Of a DNA stretch of 64,000 nucleotides, positions 1 through 10,570 are shown in pieces. The first letter of the stretch is position 1. The number at the start of each line of letters is the position of its first letter. The notes beneath the pieces are model-generated. The model was not told the DNA's origin. It made no database searches and saw nothing but the letters and a program-made list of their open reading frames with translations. This stretch comes from a virus: positions 1 to 64,000 of the IMG/VR virus record IMGVR_UViG_3300031519_006967. One strand, 5' to 3'. Both the position numbers and the translations under genes were made by a program.

Positions 1-897
1 GAATCCTATGAGGATCGTGTCGGCACCAAGACTGATTATGTGGCACTCGGCCCCCACGTATTATATAGGTTGGAAGAATTTCCAAACTGTCGCTTTTTAT
101 TATTTCCTCCAGAGGTTGGGAAAATTGAAGAGACCTACCCAGAATTCGACACGCAACTACTGCGGGTAGCCCTGAGAATTAACACCAAAAAATACACCGC
201 AACTACAGGACTACATGTTGTAAATCACTTCAATACCCCCGAGTATGATTTATATATCCATGGGATGTTTGATGATGGTGTCAGCCATTACTGGAACACT
301 GAACACGAAATGACAAAACGTCACGACTTGGATATAGATAAGGAATATATTAAAAATTGGGGTATAAGGAAGCTTAGTGACCACTATGAGGGCGCTACCC
401 TAGATACTCGTAACGACTTTCCGGCATTATTAAATTCGTTGAAGTTAAATGAAAATTGGGTAGAGTTGGGTGTAGCTGCTGGTGGCTACACATCGCAACT
501 ATTAAAAAACCAAGGGGGTGAGACTGTGTGGAGTGTAGATAGGTGGGGGGACCACCATGACATGAAGGAATATTTAGTCGCCTTAAATAGAACCAAATGG
601 TATAAAAACTCACAAATAATTAGGGCTACCTTCGATGAGGCGTTAGATCAGTTTGAGGATAATTTTTTTGATTTTATCTACATTGATGGTTACGCTCACA
701 CTGGACAAGCAGCAGGGAAAACACTTAAAGATTGGTATCCAAAATTAAAGAATGGTGGTATATTCGCAGGTCACGATTACCATAATAAATGGAGTCCAAC
801 AATAGTAGCAGTCGATTTGTTTACTATTAAACAGTCCTTAAAGTTGAACATTACTTGTGGTGATGATATGTTTCCATCTTGGTGGGTTATTAAATGA
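1..897 (+). CDS. 5'-truncated protein with C-terminal class I SAM methyltransferase (Methyltransf_24-like)
   Basis: Frame open from base 1; motifs VELGVAAG, DFIYIDGYAH, LKNGGIFAGHDY. Confidence 0.75.
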   Translation, partial: ESYEDRVGTKTDYVALGPHVLYRLEEFPNCRFLLFPPEVGKIEETYPEFDTQLLRVALRINTKKYTATTGLHVVNHFNTPEYDLYIHGMFDDGVSHYWNTEHEMTKRHDLDIDKEYIKNWGIRKLSDHYEGATLDTRNDFPALLNSLKLNENWVELGVAAGGYTSQLLKNQGGETVWSVDRWGDHHDMKEYLVALNRTKWYKNSQIIRATFDEALDQFEDNFFDFIYIDGYAHTGQAAGKTLKDWYPKLKNGGIFAGHDYHNKWSPTIVAVDLFTIKQSLKLNITCGDDMFPSWWVIK

Positions 898-1608
898 TCA
901 TTCTTCCCATTTTAATTTTAACAACTCTATATCATATTTGGAGTAAAACGTAGTTATAATTGGATGTTCGTATAATTCGTTTAATATATCTCTGGGTAAT
1001 TTAAAGTCTTTTTTCATACGTAGGTAAGGTTCATGTTTTACTTCATTTGCGTGGTTTGGGGTGAAGTTATATCCTATCATCTCGAATGTTCCTGCCCAAT
1101 TTTTCATGTCCTCAAATTTTAACATTAATAGTTTAATTGCTTCAGTTTCAACGTAAACATCTGAACTACTTACATTAAAATACCTTGGCCATAGAGCAGA
1201 GTGACAACTAATAGTGTTATCAGCAAACCAATCTATGTCTTTAAATAGATCATACAACTCGTCGTATGTAGCTTCTTCGTTTTCGAAATGTGATTGTGAT
1301 ATTCGTCGGGCGATTGGATCGCGAATGGACTCCACAATTAGTGGTTTTTTATATACATTTTTATAAATTTCAGGAATAAACTCCAATATATTTCCATTGG
1401 GAATTGGTTCATGTTCATATATTTTACGGAAGTGGTCGGTTCCATGACAATGGATAGTGAAGGATTCTTTTAACCCTTCACATATGGTTCTGCTGCCAGT
1501 CTTGGCGGCACCAATGTAAAATACATCAGGAAACTCCCTATCTAATTTAATATTAATAACTTCTGTGGGTATGTTTGGGTTTCTAAAATTCATGATATGT
1601 GTTCGCAT
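898..1608 (-). CDS. Sulfotransferase-like protein
   Basis: PAPS-binding-like YIGAAKTGS, IRDPIARRIS, LKFED. Confidence 0.6.
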   Translation of the reverse strand: MRTHIMNFRNPNIPTEVINIKLDREFPDVFYIGAAKTGSRTICEGLKESFTIHCHGTDHFRKIYEHEPIPNGNILEFIPEIYKNVYKKPLIVESIRDPIARRISQSHFENEEATYDELYDLFKDIDWFADNTISCHSALWPRYFNVSSSDVYVETEAIKLLMLKFEDMKNWAGTFEMIGYNFTPNHANEVKHEPYLRMKKDFKLPRDILNELYEHPIITTFYSKYDIELLKLKWEE

Positions 1609-3041
1609 ACAATATCCGTGTGCAGTAAAATTTTGTGTCCATTTTCTATCAACTTACGACTTAGATACCAATCCCATCCCTCAACAACAGTGGGCGACGT
1701 TCTCGTAAATTTAACCGGAAACGATTCCTCTATTGCTTCATTTCTCCATAGAGTTAACCCGCCCCCTGTGCGTAATCCACCCACAGTTCCATAATTTTGC
1801 AATAGACTTAGGGGTAGCCTTTCAGTGGAATATTTAGTTATACAACAAGCTAATTCTGGCTCGTCTTTTGATTTATAGATGGCGGATGATGCCCCCGCAG
1901 TGGGTTCAAAATATAACGAATTATAGAGCTTGACCAGTGACCCTTTCGGTGGTATCATATCATCCTCAAGGGTAAGGATGAACGTATCGGATATGTTAGG
2001 GAGAAGATCGGCATATTTTGACGACACGTATTCATGCCTAAAATCATAATAATTATCGGTTAACTCTAAAGTCTCCATATTAGTAATAACTCTAATATCG
2101 TTGAAGTCTTCTGCGTATTTAGCGGCACATTCTTTAAAATTTTGATCTGGTGTATTCAGCACCCAAGTTATTCTCACATCGCACGGGAAGTATTCTCTAT
2201 GTAGATAGTATCTAATGTTTTCTAAATATTCATAATTCCCCCTAAACATAGTTAATATATTTAGGGTTGGCTCATCTTGAAGAAATGCTTGTATATTTTT
2301 CTCGGTTTGGGTTAGTTCTATGTTGCTTAACTTAGATTCAAAATATACCTGATTTCTAGCAGCTAATTCTTTATTATTATATATTGCTGGTTCATGCCAC
2401 AAATGCAGCCCAATACATTTAATAATTTTAAAGTTAGGGATGTCGCTAAACACCCTACAGCAAAATTCGTTGTCTTCGTATCCCCAACCTACGAATGCTT
2501 CGTCCATTCCTCCAATCTCTATAAATGCATCTTTCCTTGCAATAAACGACAATGCTCCATATAAATTTATAAAGTTATGTTTAGGGGAAGCCTTTTCATC
2601 TTCTACATCTTCTACATCTTCAGTGGTTATTTCAATATCTCCTCCCGCTCGCAACTCTTTGGATCGTGCGTTATCTAATTTCTCAGATGTGATGAATGGT
2701 TGGATAAAATCATGCGTCCATTCCTCACTCATAATATATTTAAAATTTTGAAACGAGTCTCCATCATTTATCCAAACATATTCAGTAGTTGCGGTTTCAA
2801 CCCCAAAGTTCATAAGGGCAGACTTGTGTATTTGGTCTCCCTCAAATACCTTAGATATATATTTAACCCCCATCCGTTTGCAATATTCGCTAACGGGAGT
2901 TGGCTCATCTCTTCTAACTTGTTCCACCACCAATACTGGCACTTTCATTACACTGAGTATAGTATCCAACACAAATCGGAAATTTAGCCACCTATCGCTC
3001 TTTAGGTCAAATACTGGAATAATAATGGTTACGTCGTTCAC
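1590..3041 (-). CDS. Two-domain GT-A glycosyltransferase (GT2/GT7-like)
   Basis: VTIIIP, NDGD, GGMDEAFVGWGYED, HLWH; second domain has LEDD and WDW. Confidence 0.8.
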   Translation of the reverse strand: MNDVTIIIPVFDLKSDRWLNFRFVLDTILSVMKVPVLVVEQVRRDEPTPVSEYCKRMGVKYISKVFEGDQIHKSALMNFGVETATTEYVWINDGDSFQNFKYIMSEEWTHDFIQPFITSEKLDNARSKELRAGGDIEITTEDVEDVEDEKASPKHNFINLYGALSFIARKDAFIEIGGMDEAFVGWGYEDNEFCCRVFSDIPNFKIIKCIGLHLWHEPAIYNNKELAARNQVYFESKLSNIELTQTEKNIQAFLQDEPTLNILTMFRGNYEYLENIRYYLHREYFPCDVRITWVLNTPDQNFKECAAKYAEDFNDIRVITNMETLELTDNYYDFRHEYVSSKYADLLPNISDTFILTLEDDMIPPKGSLVKLYNSLYFEPTAGASSAIYKSKDEPELACCITKYSTERLPLSLLQNYGTVGGLRTGGGLTLWRNEAIEESFPVKFTRTSPTVVEGWDWYLSRKLIENGHKILLHTDIVCEHIS

Positions 3042-3087
3042 TATAACAATTTACACTATAATATCATTATATTCAATAAGTAATTTT

Positions 3088-3327
3088 ATGACAAAGGAAG
3101 ATGTTAAAAATTATACTCAAATGGGGGTTACTGCAATCCTAACTGGAGCGGTCGTAACAGGGTTTTTTATGGGTCTCATTGACCCTGCGGCGTTCATGGC
3201 GGTTGCTGGTGGTGCAATAGCATACTACTTCAATGACCGTAAGAACTCTAAAGAACTCACTGCTACAGTGGAAGCATTAAGAGCAGGACAACCAAAAATA
3301 ATTGACTTAAATGGCAAAGAAATTTAA
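3088..3327 (+). CDS. Small two-TM membrane protein (holin-like)
   Basis: ATG 5 nt after ATAAGTA box; two hydrophobic segments and a charged tail. Confidence 0.5.
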   Translation: MTKEDVKNYTQMGVTAILTGAVVTGFFMGLIDPAAFMAVAGGAIAYYFNDRKNSKELTATVEALRAGQPKIIDLNGKEI

Positions 3328-3778
3328 AGAGTTTAAGCAGGGAATATTCAAACCTATTAATCCTGATAAATGTTTAAATAAAGGCCCAATAACATACCGA
3401 TCACATCTAGAATTTCGCTTAATGAAAATGTGCGATAAGAATTCAGTAGTGGTGGAGTGGTCCTCTGAGCAGGTTATCGTGCCATACGCACATCCAATTA
3501 AAGGTAGGATGGCTAGATACTACATTGACGCGTATATCCAAATGGAGACCCCTAACGGGCCTAAGAAGTTTTTAATAGAGATCAAGCCCGATAAACAGAC
3601 TCGCGCTCCTACCCCATCTAAGAGGAAGAAGAAAACTACCATTCTCTATGAAAATGCAATGTTCGCAGTGAACACTAAAAAATGGGAAGCGGCTACCCAA
3701 TTTGCTAAGAATAAGGGAATGCAGTTTATGATTATAACGGAAAAGGATTTAGATAAGATGGAGGGTAAACGCTCTTAA
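3311..3778 (+). CDS. gp4: T4 gp4-like head completion nuclease (TnsA-like)
   Basis: ITYRSHLE, WSSEQVIVPY, RYYIDA, IEIKP, KWEAA. Confidence 0.85.
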   Translation: MAKKFKEFKQGIFKPINPDKCLNKGPITYRSHLEFRLMKMCDKNSVVVEWSSEQVIVPYAHPIKGRMARYYIDAYIQMETPNGPKKFLIEIKPDKQTRAPTPSKRKKKTTILYENAMFAVNTKKWEAATQFAKNKGMQFMIITEKDLDKMEGKRS

Positions 3779-3780
3779 TT

Positions 3781-4560
3781 TTATCTAGTTGCGACCTTCA
3801 TCGTTATATCAGTATTAGTTCGGTCTAATCCATAGAACTCACCCTCCTCAAACACGCCAACCCATGTGTGGCAGCAATCAATATTCCACATAGTTCCACC
3901 TGACTCATTAGTAGTTACTATGGGATGTCCATCGTTAGGCCCATCAGTGTCCATAGTATATTGCCAAGTCGGGGTATGCCCCACGACTTGAGTGACGTTA
4001 GGGATCAATTTAAAGCCTTCTGGTCTAATCCACGTAATACCCGAAGCTCCAACCACATTTGATATAAATTCAGGATTTGTGTTCAACCCTTCTAATGTAT
4101 CGGTTATTGTTTTCTCATAATCTACTAGATTGGGGCCATTTATGGGGCAGCACTTGAATATATCTTCTGATAATCCCGCGTGGGAGAAAATGAAATTATT
4201 GTCATGGTCGAAGTGGGCTAATTTTATTTGGTCCCAAACCTTACCTAGTCCCAGAGTATCAATCAAGCCAAATTCCTTATTAATTATATTTAATTTTTCA
4301 ATGGAGAACCCAGGACACCCTTGCCTAATATTATTAGAAAATCGATACGGCATATCGTGATTACCCATCAGGTGGATTCGATTTTCTTTAAATACCGATC
4401 CCGCCAACCATTTAGAAGTTTTTTTAGCAATTTTAGCATTATCGCGAAAGCTATCGAAATAATCTCCAAGAAAAATAACAGAATCGTGGGGATAACTTTC
4501 CAAGAATGGCTCAATCCAGTCTACGTGGTTGTGTATGTCTCCTATTACAATGGTTTTCAT
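3781..4560 (-). CDS. Calcineurin-like metallophosphoesterase
   Basis: GDIH, GDYFD, GNHD, SHAG, GHT; start reassigned to MKTIVIGD. Confidence 0.85.
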   Translation of the reverse strand: MKTIVIGDIHNHVDWIEPFLESYPHDSVIFLGDYFDSFRDNAKIAKKTSKWLAGSVFKENRIHLMGNHDMPYRFSNNIRQGCPGFSIEKLNIINKEFGLIDTLGLGKVWDQIKLAHFDHDNNFIFSHAGLSEDIFKCCPINGPNLVDYEKTITDTLEGLNTNPEFISNVVGASGITWIRPEGFKLIPNVTQVVGHTPTWQYTMDTDGPNDGHPIVTTNESGGTMWNIDCCHTWVGVFEEGEFYGLDRTNTDITMKVATR

Positions 4561-4638
4561 ATTTTCTTTCTGATTTCGATAAAATATAGCACCCTTTGAG
4601 ATATATGTCAATGAGTAATAATAAGTATAGGTAAGCTT

Positions 4639-5442
4639 ATGCCTAAAAAGACGACCACCCAAGTCGGCGGTAAGTACGCTTACCGAAAACCAAATGTTAA
4701 GTTCGATTTCTCTATTGCGGAGTTACCTTGGACGAAGAAACAACAGACGCTTATTAAGTTACTCCAAAGTAGGAATACTAAATGTGCCTTAATTAAGGGA
4801 TGTGCAGGAACATCTAAGACCATTGTGGCTATCTATGCTGGTCTACAACTACTGAAACAGAAGAAAATAAGTGATATCACATATGTTCGATCAGCGGTAG
4901 AAAGTAGCTCAGTGAAACTTGGTTTTTTACCAGGTGATATTACAGATAAATTCGCAGTATATGCTGCGCCACTACAAGATAAATTAGATGAATTATTGAC
5001 CCCCAATATTATTAAATCTTTGGTAGACGCTGATCACGTTCAAGCAATGCCCGTAAACTATATGCGAGGATTAAACTTCTCGGGTAGATTAGTAATATTG
5101 GATGAATCACAGAATTTTACTGAAGATGAATTAATTACTACCATAACTAGAATGGGGGAACACTCTCGTTTATGGATTTTAGGCGATCCTAATCAGAGCG
5201 ATCTTAAGGGTAGATGTAGAACGGATTTTGTTAATTTTTGTTATAAACTACGGGACGACGAATGTGTAGATAATGGAATCGAATCTTTTGAATTCGGAGT
5301 GGACGATATAATTCGTTCTGAATTCTGTAAGTTCGTAGTTAAGAAGTTGGGTATATATGAACACGCGGAGGATTTTGGTAAGCTGGAAATCCCTGAACGC
5401 GAACCACTATTACCCCCTAGTGTTTGGAGTCCTTCCGAATAA
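4639..5442 (+). CDS. phoH: PhoH-family ATPase
   Basis: GCAGTSKT, LGFLPGD, YMRG, LDESQN, TRMG, GDPNQSD. Confidence 0.92.
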   Translation: MPKKTTTQVGGKYAYRKPNVKFDFSIAELPWTKKQQTLIKLLQSRNTKCALIKGCAGTSKTIVAIYAGLQLLKQKKISDITYVRSAVESSSVKLGFLPGDITDKFAVYAAPLQDKLDELLTPNIIKSLVDADHVQAMPVNYMRGLNFSGRLVILDESQNFTEDELITTITRMGEHSRLWILGDPNQSDLKGRCRTDFVNFCYKLRDDECVDNGIESFEFGVDDIIRSEFCKFVVKKLGIYEHAEDFGKLEIPEREPLLPPSVWSPSE

Positions 5443-5445
5443 CAG

Positions 5446-5477
5446 AAGGGGGACATTTAAATGTCCCCCTTTTTTTT
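5446..5477. terminator. Intrinsic terminator between convergent genes
   Basis: Perfect palindrome AAGGGGGACATTTAAATGTCCCCCTT followed by a T-run. Confidence 0.85.
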
Positions 5478-5482
5478 GTATA

Positions 5483-5671
5483 TTAATCTGTACTTGGTGA
5501 TTCTTGAGACTGTAGATGCTCAATTAACATCTTCGCTTCATCGGCAGTTATCTGAACTTTCCCATTGTAATCATCGGTAATGGTGTATCCGTCCTTAGTA
5601 TTGGTTACTACTGGGCAGCAACCAGTTCCCCTGCGACATAAAACCACTGTATCTTTATCAACTCTTCTCAT
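5483..5671 (-). CDS. Hypothetical protein (C-x5-CCP motif)
   Basis: 62 aa ORF; ATAAATA 5 nt before ATG. Confidence 0.6.
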   Translation of the reverse strand: MRRVDKDTVVLCRRGTGCCPVVTNTKDGYTITDDYNGKVQITADEAKMLIEHLQSQESPSTD

Positions 5672-5679
5672 ATTATTAT

Positions 5680-5931
5680 TTATTCCAACATAGTAAAATA
5701 ATCAATATGTTTTGGTTCCAAAACGAAATCTTCCTTAAGTTCTTGCATGTTATAACTAATGCAATATGGGCAAGCATTAAGTGTGTGATAAATCAAACAC
5801 TCACACCCGTTACATAATCGAAATTGATCTATTCGGGGTGTTACATATGCTTCTCTCTCCTCCATGGTAGCCGTATCTAGGTTCATGGAATTTGAGTTAA
5901 GTAACGAATTTATTAATTTTGATATGTCCAT
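5680..5931 (-). CDS. Hypothetical zinc-ribbon protein
   Basis: CNGC and CPYC pairs. Confidence 0.55.
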   Translation of the reverse strand: MDISKLINSLLNSNSMNLDTATMEEREAYVTPRIDQFRLCNGCECLIYHTLNACPYCISYNMQELKEDFVLEPKHIDYFTMLE

Positions 5932-6629
5932 TATTCTACGCTCAGTTGGCTTAGGAGTGCTTGCTCCAGTGCTTCATTTTCAGCGGCATGTTCAATAGTC
6001 TTCAGTAATGATTCGTCAGTGGATTTAAAGTCACCACCATCTTGAATATATAATCCAGCCATCGCTGTTTTCTCTCCGTTGTCCTCGTCTCCAAAGATTT
6101 CTATAAACGCGGGTGAGTTCTCAAGTGGGAATATTAATCCCTCCCTGTTTTTATAGGATTGCTGTGCTTCTAAAAATAAAGTATTAATACTTTTTCTATA
6201 ATTTAAATCTAATTCTCTATCATCTCTCTCTTCTAAGTTTACGGGTGATAATTTAGATAGCGGTAGGAAGAAAATAACATCATACATTTTTAGAACTTCT
6301 CGGGTAATATGAAACGACTCTCCGATAAATTCATCATCATCGATTTTTCCCGTCTCTGCTAGATATAGAGTATACATCAGATTATCTAGGATACACCTAT
6401 CGTGAATGCATTGCTCCTCGTCTGAGTTCTCCATGGCTTGATCTGAAAGTGCATCTCTAATAATACGCTGACTCTCTACCGTTCCGTCCATGTTAAGGGA
6501 CAGTCCTTTAGACTCTATAAAATCTCTATAAGTGTTTTTCGGTTGGGTATACGTTGGCCACTGTTTAAGGAAAGATTTTATGAATGATGTTTTGCCATTA
6601 CAGGCGGTTGAACTAATTGCGATTCTCAT
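5931..6629 (-). CDS. P-loop nucleotide kinase (AAA_28/dNK-like)
   Basis: MRIAISSTACNGKTS, HDRCILD, YDVIFFLP; start reassigned. Confidence 0.7.
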   Translation of the reverse strand: MRIAISSTACNGKTSFIKSFLKQWPTYTQPKNTYRDFIESKGLSLNMDGTVESQRIIRDALSDQAMENSDEEQCIHDRCILDNLMYTLYLAETGKIDDDEFIGESFHITREVLKMYDVIFFLPLSKLSPVNLEERDDRELDLNYRKSINTLFLEAQQSYKNREGLIFPLENSPAFIEIFGDEDNGEKTAMAGLYIQDGGDFKSTDESLLKTIEHAAENEALEQALLSQLSVE

Positions 6630-6737
6630 TGTGTTATAATAACATATACTTACCGCGTTTTCAATGATTATTACCAAAATTCTACATACATAGACTCTCC
6701 TCCAAACTCTGCCACCAAAAACCCAAGAATTATACAA

Positions 6738-7214
6738 CTAAATATGGAGGTCGTCAAATGCTTTTATTAGATGTTTGCATAGTTTTTTGTTGTATTCTGG
6801 GTTGGTCTCGTCGGACGGATCGCCAGTATATGGTGCATTTGTTTCAATGGCATCGTATTCAGGATAAGTTTCCTTTGAGGCCATATCACCGTTTGACAGT
6901 GCGTATCTCCATAAAAATTGGAAATCTGCGCAAGAACAGTAAACGTCTCTAACGTTGTTATTCCCGTCTAACGCAATGTAAAGTTTATGCGTTCTACCTT
7001 CAGTTTTTTCGGCTGATTCCACCTCAGCCTCATATAATTTCCAACCTTTAAGTAGGGGTTTGTCTGGTGGGGCAGTGCTGGGTGTATATTTTTTAAGAGA
7101 TAATATTTTAACATTATCCCCCCTGCTCTTACGCTTCTCTTCAGAATTTGATTTTAAATTCCTAGTGTGTCGGTTTTTTTCTAAAATTAATTCTGTAAGT
7201 TGGGTAAAGTCCAC
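6738..7214 (-). CDS. SWIM zinc-finger protein
   Basis: CSCADF ... LCKH; GTG 5 nt after ATAAGTA. Confidence 0.65.
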   Translation of the reverse strand: MDFTQLTELILEKNRHTRNLKSNSEEKRKSRGDNVKILSLKKYTPSTAPPDKPLLKGWKLYEAEVESAEKTEGRTHKLYIALDGNNNVRDVYCSCADFQFLWRYALSNGDMASKETYPEYDAIETNAPYTGDPSDETNPEYNKKLCKHLIKAFDDLHI

Positions 7215-7436
7215 CTAACTACTTATTCTAGCCTTCACATCATTCAGATTTAAAACACGTCGATTATTCAATATCATTTCGGCGGCGATTGCCATCAGGT
7301 TTAAATCCTTATCAAAGTTTTGTACAAATGTTTCGTTGCTAATCAATACCTCCCATTGTTTGGGGGTGTATGATTTGGCCATGTTTACCATTTCTGCTGC
7401 GGTTGGTTCTTTACCCTTTTGGTAATTAGTTTTCAT
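7215..7436 (-). CDS. Hypothetical protein
   Basis: 73 aa ORF tightly packed in operon. Confidence 0.5.
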   Translation of the reverse strand: MKTNYQKGKEPTAAEMVNMAKSYTPKQWEVLISNETFVQNFDKDLNLMAIAAEMILNNRRVLNLNDVKARISS

Positions 7437-7439
7437 ATG

Positions 7440-7892
7440 TTATGATAATGCATCTTTTAGCAATTGTCTAGGACCATTATATTGTTTTATTAAATACGCT
7501 AAAAGTGTTTTAGACTTCTTTTTATATTTTTTAGTTAACTTACCCTTACTAACCCTTTTATTATAATTATCCTTCCTATCCGCAATTTTAATTAAAATTA
7601 AAAAGTTGGATAGTTGGGTTGTTATATCTCCAGACTTTAAAGTTTTTTTAATATGTTCTATTACTGAGGTGTCATCAGTAATAGTTAATAATTTTATAAG
7701 ATCGATTGTTTTCGGCGGTAATACCTTTTCTATTTTTGATAGACTTCCTCCACTCTCTAAATAATCATGGAACAACGCGGCGTATTTTACATCACTTGGA
7801 AGTCCGTCTAATTTATTAAACACTCGATTGGAGTGTTTAATTTTAGATTTAGGCATTGTTGCTTTAAGGATTTTATTAAATCTTAGATTCAT
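7440..7892 (-). CDS. HD-domain protein, RelA/SpoT hydrolase (Mesh1/SAH)-like
   Basis: HSNRV, AALFHDYLES, IKLLT, IKIADRKDN. Confidence 0.65.
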   Translation of the reverse strand: MNLRFNKILKATMPKSKIKHSNRVFNKLDGLPSDVKYAALFHDYLESGGSLSKIEKVLPPKTIDLIKLLTITDDTSVIEHIKKTLKSGDITTQLSNFLILIKIADRKDNYNKRVSKGKLTKKYKKKSKTLLAYLIKQYNGPRQLLKDALS

Positions 7893-8584
7893 TAGAACAC
7901 ACCTGGGCCTGAAATTGACGATCCATTTACGGTATCGTCCACTAATGAGTTAAACATTCCACGGACATCATAGTTAAAATCTATTTTCAGTTTGTCTAAT
8001 ATTACTCCTATATTACCTGAACTTAAGCTGCCTATGTTATAATCTCCTCCATCGTATTTTAATGCATTTAATATTATTCTTGTCCAATTATCTACATCAT
8101 TGTCAGCCATTCCTACTAACTTTTGATCGTAGTATGATAATTTATCAGATATTGATTTTCCTTTAACTATACTTGGGTCCGCCTCTCCACCTAGAGTAGA
8201 AATAAGTTCATCTACAACAGCATCAACTTCCCCTAATCCACCTAATTTCGCTTGGACATAGTTCAATACTTGAGCAGAGTTTCGATTTTCTTCAAAATCA
8301 TCATAAATTTTTGGATTTATTTTACCTGTGAAATTCACTGCTTTAAGTGCCAATCGACCAAGCTCGAATTCTTGAGGCGTATTAGATGACTCTGATTGTG
8401 ATTCTGCTGGTCCGCCTTCACCGAACTCCCCCTCACCTTCTACTGGTAAGTCTTGATTTAGGGCGGCTTCTGGTGCTTCGTCATCAAGGTTAATAACACC
8501 TCCATCCTCTTCTTCTTCTGGTGGTGGTGGTGGTGATGCTTCCTGTAAAAGAATACTATAATATTTATCAAATTTTCTGATCAT
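7892..8584 (-). CDS. Hypothetical acidic protein, possible internal head protein
   Basis: N-terminus MIRKFDKYYSILLQE, then Pro/Glu-rich linker. Confidence 0.55.
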   Translation of the reverse strand: MIRKFDKYYSILLQEASPPPPPEEEEDGGVINLDDEAPEAALNQDLPVEGEGEFGEGGPAESQSESSNTPQEFELGRLALKAVNFTGKINPKIYDDFEENRNSAQVLNYVQAKLGGLGEVDAVVDELISTLGGEADPSIVKGKSISDKLSYYDQKLVGMADNDVDNWTRIILNALKYDGGDYNIGSLSSGNIGVILDKLKIDFNYDVRGMFNSLVDDTVNGSSISGPGVF

Positions 8585-8940
8585 TATAAATTACCCCCTC
8601 CAAAGAATTTTCCTAGATTCCCTTTAACAATCGGGTCTTCTAAATCTATACCCAAATTGGTGAAATACTGTCCCAATTCTCCGTTTATTCCCTCATCATC
8701 GTCTGGTGCATCTGTCATCCTAGACATAAGGTCAGCGAAGTCTACTTCGGGTGCATCCCCATTACTGGTCGGTGCGCCTGTATTGCTTGTAGTTTGTGGA
8801 TTTGGGTTCAATGAGTTTCCGCTGACGGGGTTTTGGCCCTTATTATTACCGCCGCCCGAAAACTTCATTTTAACCGATCCTTGCATTTCTTGCGTTAAAT
8901 AACTATCAGCAATTTGTTCTACCTTATCGTCAAAATTCAT
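8584..8940 (-). CDS. Hypothetical protein
   Basis: GTAAATA 5 nt before ATG (MNFDDKV). Confidence 0.55.
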   Translation of the reverse strand: MNFDDKVEQIADSYLTQEMQGSVKMKFSGGGNNKGQNPVSGNSLNPNPQTTSNTGAPTSNGDAPEVDFADLMSRMTDAPDDDEGINGELGQYFTNLGIDLEDPIVKGNLGKFFGGGNL

Positions 8941-8967
8941 GCTAATATTTACCAATTGTTATGCGTA

Positions 8968-10509
8968 TTACCACCTAGAATATTTCCCAGCCATTTGCGT
9001 AATGATTGAACCCTGATTGTCTCCATCGTTGCAAATCTCAGCGGAGTGGTAATCATTATACCTATGTGCTAGATGATTACCAAGATTCGTACCCTCTCTG
9101 TAGTTATCCATCTCTCCCAACTCAATAATGGTCCTTTCATATTCCATGTTCCGCCGACCTCGATTCAACCCATGAATGCGGTGAAATCCGCCATCATTAA
9201 TAGATTCTATAACATCCATTGAGCATACCCTGTAAGGGCTACCAACTTCAAATATTTTTGACATGTTGCGGTAGACAGGGATAAGAAGATCGTCCAGCTT
9301 ATCATTTAAATCCTCAGTTTCGTAGGATAACGACAACTCGGAAAGTCGCAAGAAATGGTAGTGCGACCCATTATCCGCGAATTTGTTTAGTGACCATAAC
9401 CACGACTCCGCACTTGTTCGAGTATTGGAGATATACATCCAATAATGAGTATTCACTTCATCTGAGGTGTTACACCTTTCATTAATCTTATTGAAAATAA
9501 ATTCAGAATATATTCTTTTTCCATAACCAGAAGTAGATAGTGTTTCTCTAATATTGTAAAAATTATCCCATACCGTTTGTGGGATTTCCCCCATTATCCT
9601 TTTCCATTTTCCGAAATGTAAAATGTCTTGGAATGCAGACGCGGGAATTGTTAACCCACATGATTCAACGTCAGTGAACGCTGCTTCCAATTTTTTCTTC
9701 ATTTCCATATTTTTAATGTCTAGACGGCGAGCCATTTCAATGTTTTGTGCATTTTTAATGTCTTCGCTTCTAGTATCAATAGTCCTTTGGTCTCTATCGT
9801 CGTAGAAGTAATCTGCATCAAATGTATACACGCTTGGTGGAGATGTAACGTTCAACGACTCGATGATTTTTCTTAGACTACCTCTAAAGAATGTGTTCGA
9901 TAAACCATATGCAACTGACGCTGGGGCATAATGATGGTTTCCTTTAGTATCCTCAAATTTCTTAATTAGAAGGCGAGCCATTGGGTTATTTAGGTTCTTA
10001 TCCTTTTTGGACGTGAGATATGCTACCAATGTTCCACCGAGAACATCTCGACGGACGTAGTATCTATTGCATCCATCTCCACCGGAATCAAACGTCATAC
10101 ATGATTTCCACTCACGCCCCGTAGACATCCCCACAATATCATATGGATGCCGTGACACTACAATCATTAGCTCTTTCCATGCCCTACAACTATCGACTTT
10201 AAATTCATCTAATAGCGTTTGTTCTTCAAGCCCCTGTAGAATTTTTCCGATTTTCATTGGCTGTTTCACTCCACTTGTGGTGGCGGTTCCTGACATATAG
10301 TCAACCACCTCATACCCAAAAGCACCCAAACACCGTTTGATTTTTGGATATGTGGATGATTTTTTTAATGCCTTCCGTTGGTCTTCTGCTGAAGGTTCCA
10401 CTGGAAAATACTTCCGATGGGAATCCCCAAAGAAGTGAGGACTGTTATGTTGATAGACCCCTCTGGCCATTTTCGTGAATTGTTTTCCTAATGATAATGG
10501 GATAGCCAT
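8968..10509 (-). CDS. Hypothetical phage protein (SRHPYDIxGMSTxRxWxSCM motif)
   Basis: 513 aa ORF with its own sigma70-type promoter. Confidence 0.6.
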   Translation of the reverse strand: MAIPLSLGKQFTKMARGVYQHNSPHFFGDSHRKYFPVEPSAEDQRKALKKSSTYPKIKRCLGAFGYEVVDYMSGTATTSGVKQPMKIGKILQGLEEQTLLDEFKVDSCRAWKELMIVVSRHPYDIVGMSTGREWKSCMTFDSGGDGCNRYYVRRDVLGGTLVAYLTSKKDKNLNNPMARLLIKKFEDTKGNHHYAPASVAYGLSNTFFRGSLRKIIESLNVTSPPSVYTFDADYFYDDRDQRTIDTRSEDIKNAQNIEMARRLDIKNMEMKKKLEAAFTDVESCGLTIPASAFQDILHFGKWKRIMGEIPQTVWDNFYNIRETLSTSGYGKRIYSEFIFNKINERCNTSDEVNTHYWMYISNTRTSAESWLWSLNKFADNGSHYHFLRLSELSLSYETEDLNDKLDDLLIPVYRNMSKIFEVGSPYRVCSMDVIESINDGGFHRIHGLNRGRRNMEYERTIIELGEMDNYREGTNLGNHLAHRYNDYHSAEICNDGDNQGSIITQMAGKYSRW

Positions 10510-10514
10510 TCCAG

Positions 10515-10542
10515 ATTATAGCCCAGAAAAAAACATTTTCAA
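10515..10542 (-). promoter_or_regulatory. Sigma70-type promoter
   Basis: TTGAAA-N16-TATAAT, 5 nt before ATG at 10509. Confidence 0.65.
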
Positions 10543-10570
10543 GTTTTATTCCACTTTTTTTCGGGAATCC

